DNA from: Eledone cirrhosa | Lineage: Eukaryota | Assembly (NCBI GenBank): GCA_964016885.1 | Contig: OZ024742.1 | Location: 325,748,001-325,812,000, forward strand | Direction of reading: 5' to 3' | DNA length: 64,000 bases | Part shown: one piece after another, positions 58,585-64,000 of the stretch | Numbering within the stretch: the first letter of the stretch is position 1 | Layout of the letters: every line of letters starts with the position of its first letter | Made by a program: the position numbers and the translations under genes | Notes under the pieces: model-generated | The model's database searches: none | Seen by the model: only the letters and a program-made list of their open reading frames with translations | Told to the model about the DNA's origin: nothing

Positions 58585-59161
58585 ATCCTAGTACAACCTG
58601 TCTCATGGTCGGGTCGTTGGCGACTAAACTGGCAACCCCACCAAGGTTTCTTGGTGAGGAGAGTGACTTTGGACATCCTGCAGGACTAAAAAAAAAACCT
58701 GTCAAAGGGCAAAGGAGCTCTTAAGAGTCAATGGCCATCCAAAATCACCGGGAGAGATGACCCCTTAGCCTTTGTCAAGGCAGAATTCTAGGAGAAGGAA
58801 AACTCTGATATAACGCCTGCAACCCTGATGGTATCCAATGATGTTGACTTGTTCTTCTTTTTGGTAAATATCATCTTGGTTAAGAGAGTGGGACTGGCTT
58901 TGTGCAGTGCCTTTGCTCACTATAAAAGCTTCACAGCTCAGTCATTGCTTTATATCTGGAGATCTCTCAGCACTTGTCGTCACATGGTGCCATGGGCCCA
59001 GCACTATGTGTCAATAATTGTCACAGGTGTAGTGTTTGTACCAGAGTTTTCAAGTCGCTAGTTGGACTAAAAAGTCACACTTGTTTAGCGCATCGGTAGG
59101 GGTTCTCCTACATGGATATAAAGTAGTGGCCGTACTCGAAAACGAGTTGGCAGCCACCATG
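58585..59161 (+). repeat. Longer copy of the 54305-54668 repeat, inside (ATGT)n
   Basis: Shares ~360 bp with 54305-54668 plus ~215 bp of extra GC-richer 5' sequence. Confidence 0.75.
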
Positions 59162-59577
59162 TATTTATGTATGTATGAATGTATGTATATATGTATGTAT
59201 GCATTTATGTATGCATGCATTTATGTATGTATGCATGCTTGTATGTATGTATACATGCTTGTATGTATATTTGCATGAATGTATATATGACATCTATGAA
59301 TGTATACATGCAAGTATGTATGCAATTATGCAACTATGAGTGTATGCATGAATATGTAGAGGTATGGATAACAATACGTATGACTGCTCATACATGTTAG
59401 GATGTGTGTTTGTGTTAAACTAAGGCGGAAACATACTCAAACTTGAAATTACAGTGTAAAAATGGATGGCTGTAAGCGGAAAATTAAATTCTTTAACCAC
59501 ATCTTTTAAGTTTACCGACACAATTTGATGAACGAAACAGGAAACCGTTAATATAAATATTCATTAAGAAAAGAAGA

Positions 59578-59780
59578 GGAGTAGTTTGGTGTATCGGTAA
59601 AGCCTCAGACAACATATTTTGCAGCATAGTTACGGCCTCAGTTCAAATCTCAACCATGTTATCTTTGCCCTTTATCCTTCGGGGAGCGATAAGATAATCT
59701 ACCAGTAATGCACAGGGAAGGATATAATCGACTTTCTTCTCCCCAAAATTTGTTAGCCTTGCGCCTAAATCAGAAACCAT
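59578..59780 (+). mobile_element. Diverged tRNA-derived SINE
   Basis: gcagcatagttacggcctcagttcaaatc...ctttatccttcgggg...ccttgcgcctaaatcagaaacc. Confidence 0.75.
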
Positions 59781-61018
59781 TATGAAGAAAAACAAAAAGA
59801 AAATAATAAAAAAGAAAAGAATATTAAGGTAAATATATAACAAACAGTTATTTAATTACTATAGAGAATATTAATATATTAAAAGGAAATATAAAGAAAT
59901 TTAGAGGAAAGAATGTAATCAAGTAAGAGAGTATTAGATTAATGGGAAAATATCTTTAAGTCGTTAAACACATTTAGAATACATTTCATTCATAAATGTT
60001 ATATCACAGAGACTAAACGAAATAAAGAGAGATAATAAAAAAATTATCGCAACACCTAATATAATACACAAAATAAAATTAAATAGTGAAATATTAGTTG
60101 GCAGGTACTGCTCATCTGTATAGAATCCCTTAGAAAACGAGAACATTATCTACGGAAGGTTTTCTAACTGCAAACAACAAAACAAAAACATTTACACGGG
60201 TAAATTGCAAGGAATATACAAAAATATACGGATCAATAGTTCTTAAAACTAGCGTCGAATAGATTACAATTTTCCACCTTATATTTTACGACACGTTTCA
60301 CTAGAGACTGATCAACATTAAAGGAAACCTCTGCTGAAAGGATGTAAGAGAGAAACTACGGCAGTACCAATACAAGAGACGTTGCAGTTATTCAAACTGT
60401 GGAACAGTTAGCTCGTTAACTTAACGCAGAAAAAGCTGAGAATTTCACAGATACTTCACGTAGTTTTCAGGGAGATCTAGTGGAACAGAGCGTATGATAA
60501 GGCTGCTCCTTTAAGACGCAGATACAACGCAATTTTGGTAAATGCTACACTAGTCAATATCTTAAGCCAATCGCACCCTACCAAGCTATAGCCAAATCAC
60601 TCCATGTGTATCAACAACCAAATTACACCAATTACAGCTATTGGTGAAAGACGCCACCAAACTGCAGCAATCGAATTACGTTTCTACACAATTACGAATA
60701 TACATTTTCATATATTATGTATGAATTCACATGGACACCTATACCAAACCAAACAGTGAGTGTGTTCTGTTATTATTTCTGGCAATATTATAAAAATATG
60801 ACCTTCCCCAAGTATAACAATATATATATATATAGTGTGTATTTAAATATACACCTACAAGTGTATATACGTAGGTTACATAGGTTATATATATATATAT
60901 ATATATATTCAGAGAGAGGGTGAGAGAGAGCGATAAAGAGAGAAAGAGAGAGAAAGAGAGAAAGAGAAAGAAAGAGAGAGAGAAATATATAAACATATAA
61001 TTGGTATAGACCTGTTTA

Positions 61019-61086
<68 letters not shown>

Positions 61087-61116
61087 CTCTCTCTCTTATA
61101 TATATAGAGAGAGAGG

Positions 61117-61158
<42 letters not shown>

Positions 61159-61159
61159 T

Positions 61160-62718
61160 ATTTCTTTTATTTGCCACTAGGGCATCAAAAGTGGGACAAG
61201 TACAAAGGGGGGAGTTTACACAAAAAGGCGTCCTCAATAAGGAGAAGGCAATAACAAAATATAAAAATAAAATAAGATATAACAAAAAATAAAATTTTTA
61301 ACAAAATCCTCAATAGAGAGGAGGCGCCTTGGGGGGTCGCACACACCCCCGAAAAAAGTGTGCAACCCTTCTCCTCAGGAGCACAGAGAAGGGGTGCTCC
61401 CTTGGTCTTTCATCTTCCTCACCTATAGTCTGATGTAGAGTGAAGGCCCATTCACACGGGCCATTCTCGCCACTTTCACCCATCTTTCATAGAAACGGCT
61501 GGGGTGCAGCACCTCTCTCTCCATCCTGATCCTTCTTCCGAAATGATATCGGAAGAAACGGACCAGTTGTTGGCCAGAGAGAAAGGTGCCCGACCTCAGT
61601 CCTTTCAGACGGGTCCACCATACAACCTCTTTCGCCATGGCTATTACGCACAGAAACACCGCCTCTGCTTCATCTTTGAAGGGGGGAGGCGGCTTGATCA
61701 TTACAATAGAGTCGGTGGTCAACCGGATCGGTCCCACCCTTGACAGCAGTTGTTCGACATAGCCCCACAGATCGGCTACGCCCGAGCAGTGTACTAATGC
61801 GTGTGCAACGGTTTCCTCGTCGCACACGCATCTGGGACAGATCTTTTTGGCGGGGTCCCTACCCGGGCGCCCGTGTCTGTAGAGCCTTTTTCGAACGGGT
61901 AAAGCCCCTCGGTAGCACTGCCAGGCCAGGGACTTCTGGAAGTTGTCCATAGGTCCCGGGCTGAATGTCCTACCGAACAGGCTGGCCAGTTCGTCCTCCT
62001 CCATGTCTAGGGCTTCTCCGAGGGCGTCGTCGCACCTGCTGCGTACCAGCCCTCTATAGAATGTTGCGGTGGAGTCTCCACTGATAACCGGATCCGCCTG
62101 CCAGAGGGCGGTGAGCGCCTGGGCACACTCAGTGTGCCAGGCGCCCAGTTTTCTCGGTCTTTGCTTGACCCAGGATTGCAGCTCGGTGAGTGAGACGAGT
62201 CTGGGAAAGGTTCGTCTCACAAACGAGGCCCACACCGGTTGTCCGGTGAGGAATACGTAGAGGTGCCGTAGCCTTAATGCGTGTTTACGCATCATTAGCC
62301 ACGGCATCCCCAGCCCTCCTTTCGAAGGGTGTTGACAGCAGATGGATCTCCTCACCATAGGAGCCCGCCTCTTCCAAAGGAATTGGAAGAGCGCGCGCTC
62401 CATCTTGGTGAGGGTTTCCCTTGGGCAGGGCACTACGGTCAGGCGGTAGTAGATGACGGACGCTATGTAGGTGTTCGCCACCTCCGCCCGACCTTTCAGG
62501 GATAGTTTGCAACTGGCCCACTTCTGGGTCAGTGCAAACACCCTGTTCGTAACCTCCGCCCAGTTTTTCTCCACCTGGAGGTCCGGTCCGAACCAGACCC
62601 CGAGCAACTTCACCGGGCCCTCCGTCCAGCGTCCGACGACGCTATCGGAGGGCATCGGTCTGCCCCTCCACGTGCCGAGTTGCAAACCGATCGACTTGTC
62701 CCGGTTCAGCTTAGCCCC
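61160..62718 (-). mobile_element. Tx1/L1-clade LINE, 5'-truncated, inserted in a (GATA)n tract
   Basis: ORF2 C-terminus, 3' UTR ending ...ggcaaataaaagaaata, (GATA)n at ~61118-61158 and ~62719-62741. Confidence 0.9.
61423..62685 (-). CDS. Tx1-like ORF2 C-terminal region (post-RT region + CCHC zinc knuckle)
   Basis: Uninterrupted 420 aa: VKLLGVWFG, LSLKGRAEVAN, FQFLW, GGLGMP, CPRC..ETVAHALVHC. Confidence 0.88.
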   Translation of the reverse strand: MQLGTWRGRPMPSDSVVGRWTEGPVKLLGVWFGPDLQVEKNWAEVTNRVFALTQKWASCKLSLKGRAEVANTYIASVIYYRLTVVPCPRETLTKMERALFQFLWKRRAPMVRRSICCQHPSKGGLGMPWLMMRKHALRLRHLYVFLTGQPVWASFVRRTFPRLVSLTELQSWVKQRPRKLGAWHTECAQALTALWQADPVISGDSTATFYRGLVRSRCDDALGEALDMEEDELASLFGRTFSPGPMDNFQKSLAWQCYRGALPVRKRLYRHGRPGRDPAKKICPRCVCDEETVAHALVHCSGVADLWGYVEQLLSRVGPIRLTTDSIVMIKPPPPFKDEAEAVFLCVIAMAKEVVWWTRLKGLRSGTFLSGQQLVRFFRYHFGRRIRMEREVLHPSRFYERWVKVARMARVNGPSLYIRL

Positions 62719-63451
62719 TAGATAGATAGATAGATAGATAGATTAATAGATATAGATGTATATTATTATGTGTGTCAACATATACTTGTGTATGTATGTT
62801 TGGGAATATGAACGGTTTAGCGTGTGTACTTTCTTGGGCGTGCATAATTACGATACAACGTTGTCAGTCCGCCAAGGTTTTTAAATGCACAGGCCAGATG
62901 TTAGCCCACCTAAGACGTGGACGTCTCAGATCAGTTACATAATAGGGTTATGGCTCGTTACAATGCAGAGTGGTAGAAGGAAAGGATATGGTTTATTTGG
63001 GTGGTGAGAATGAGTATTTGAAATTGAGCCGCTAACATTATGCACAAAATCATGAATGCACACACAAAAACATATACGCATAAACACACAGAGAGGCATA
63101 CACGCTCGTACGCAAAAAACACACACATGCACACATTCTGAGGCACACGTTTTTATATGTAAATGGAGAAGTTAAGCGCTGTGTCTGGTAACAAAAATTC
63201 CCGAAGATAGTCTGTATTTAAAATACGAATTTATTCTGGATTCAACTACTCACAGACTTCACGCACACTCGTCTACCAAATCTCTCTCTCTCCCTCTCTC
63301 TCTCACTCTCTCTCTCTCTCTCTCTTTCACTCTCCCTCTCTCTCTCTATATATATATATGTGTGTGTGTGTATAGGAAAATGTTCAAGACCCCGACGGCA
63401 GATCCTTCGTTATGGTCTACCTGGTTCCTTACCACACTTCCTTCGTTATAT

Positions 63452-63494
<43 letters not shown>

Positions 63495-63686
63495 TTAAAA
63501 GAAAACATTTTGAATGAGAAAACAGATACGGGTCGGAGCAGTTAATACAGCTCAAAATATGAGATTTAATCGAGTAAACTAATCAGAAATCTACATACAA
63601 GTCTAGTTTTATGAACTCCTTATTTTAGACGTTTAGGTACACTCATAGAGCAAATATTACTTTGAAAAGAAAACCAACGACAGTTA

Positions 63687-63795
63687 TTTGTATTACATTT
63701 TAATTAACTTACGTTTCGTCCACTTCATAAAAAATATAATTAATTATTAGTTAGTCGATTATATGAACAAATGTTTGGATTCATCAGAATACAAA
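63687..63795 (-). ncRNA. Type I hammerhead motif with extended stem II (slightly degenerate)
   Basis: Minus strand: tttgtatt-CTGATGA(63787-63781)-atcca-[53 nt]-tggac-GAAAC(63717-63713)-GTAA-GTT-aat...aatacaaa. Confidence 0.6.
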
Positions 63796-64000
63796 ATGAG
63801 AAATCTAGGGCTATTAAACGCCACGACACAGGTATGAGACAGCGAACGCATGTGGTGTGGTGTATCGGATTTAATGCAACAATTGTAAGGAGTGTCACAT
63901 TGGTAATATGACACGACCACTCCACTCCAGCATTAAGGAATACCTCAACACACACGCATCCTCGTTCAAAAAAATCTGTTAACAAATGTTGAACACCCCA

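Noticed and set aside
58585-58650. HDV-like ribozyme at a putative RTE 5' end
   Set aside because: Could not build the nested double pseudoknot by eye.

Overview
AT-rich, microsatellite-dense animal (eukaryotic) DNA with no recognisable host gene. The tRNA-derived SINE family and the (TA)n/(CA)n/(GATA)n load suggest an octopus/cephalopod genome (inference). The window is a graveyard of mobile elements: a Penelope-like element (RT plus GIY-YIG, Naiad-like), a DD37D maT transposon, RTE, CRE, R4/Dong-like and Tx1 non-LTR fragments, about ten SINEs and Helitron-like ends. The main hidden signal is RNA-structural. Several distinct repeat families carry type I hammerhead ribozyme (HHR) motifs whose two core boxes are 59-95 nt apart because stem II is greatly extended. 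One lies in each unit of a non-coding 597-bp tandem array (3 units plus a partial unit and an inverted snap-back copy). That array breaks off within 1 nt of the predicted self-cleavage site, as expected for a retrozyme-like RNA mobilised by Penelope machinery. Several short palindromic elements consist of two inverted HHR 3' halves joined at stem II, almost always inside (TA)n tracts. All motif calls and coordinates were made by eye; no folding or database searches were run.
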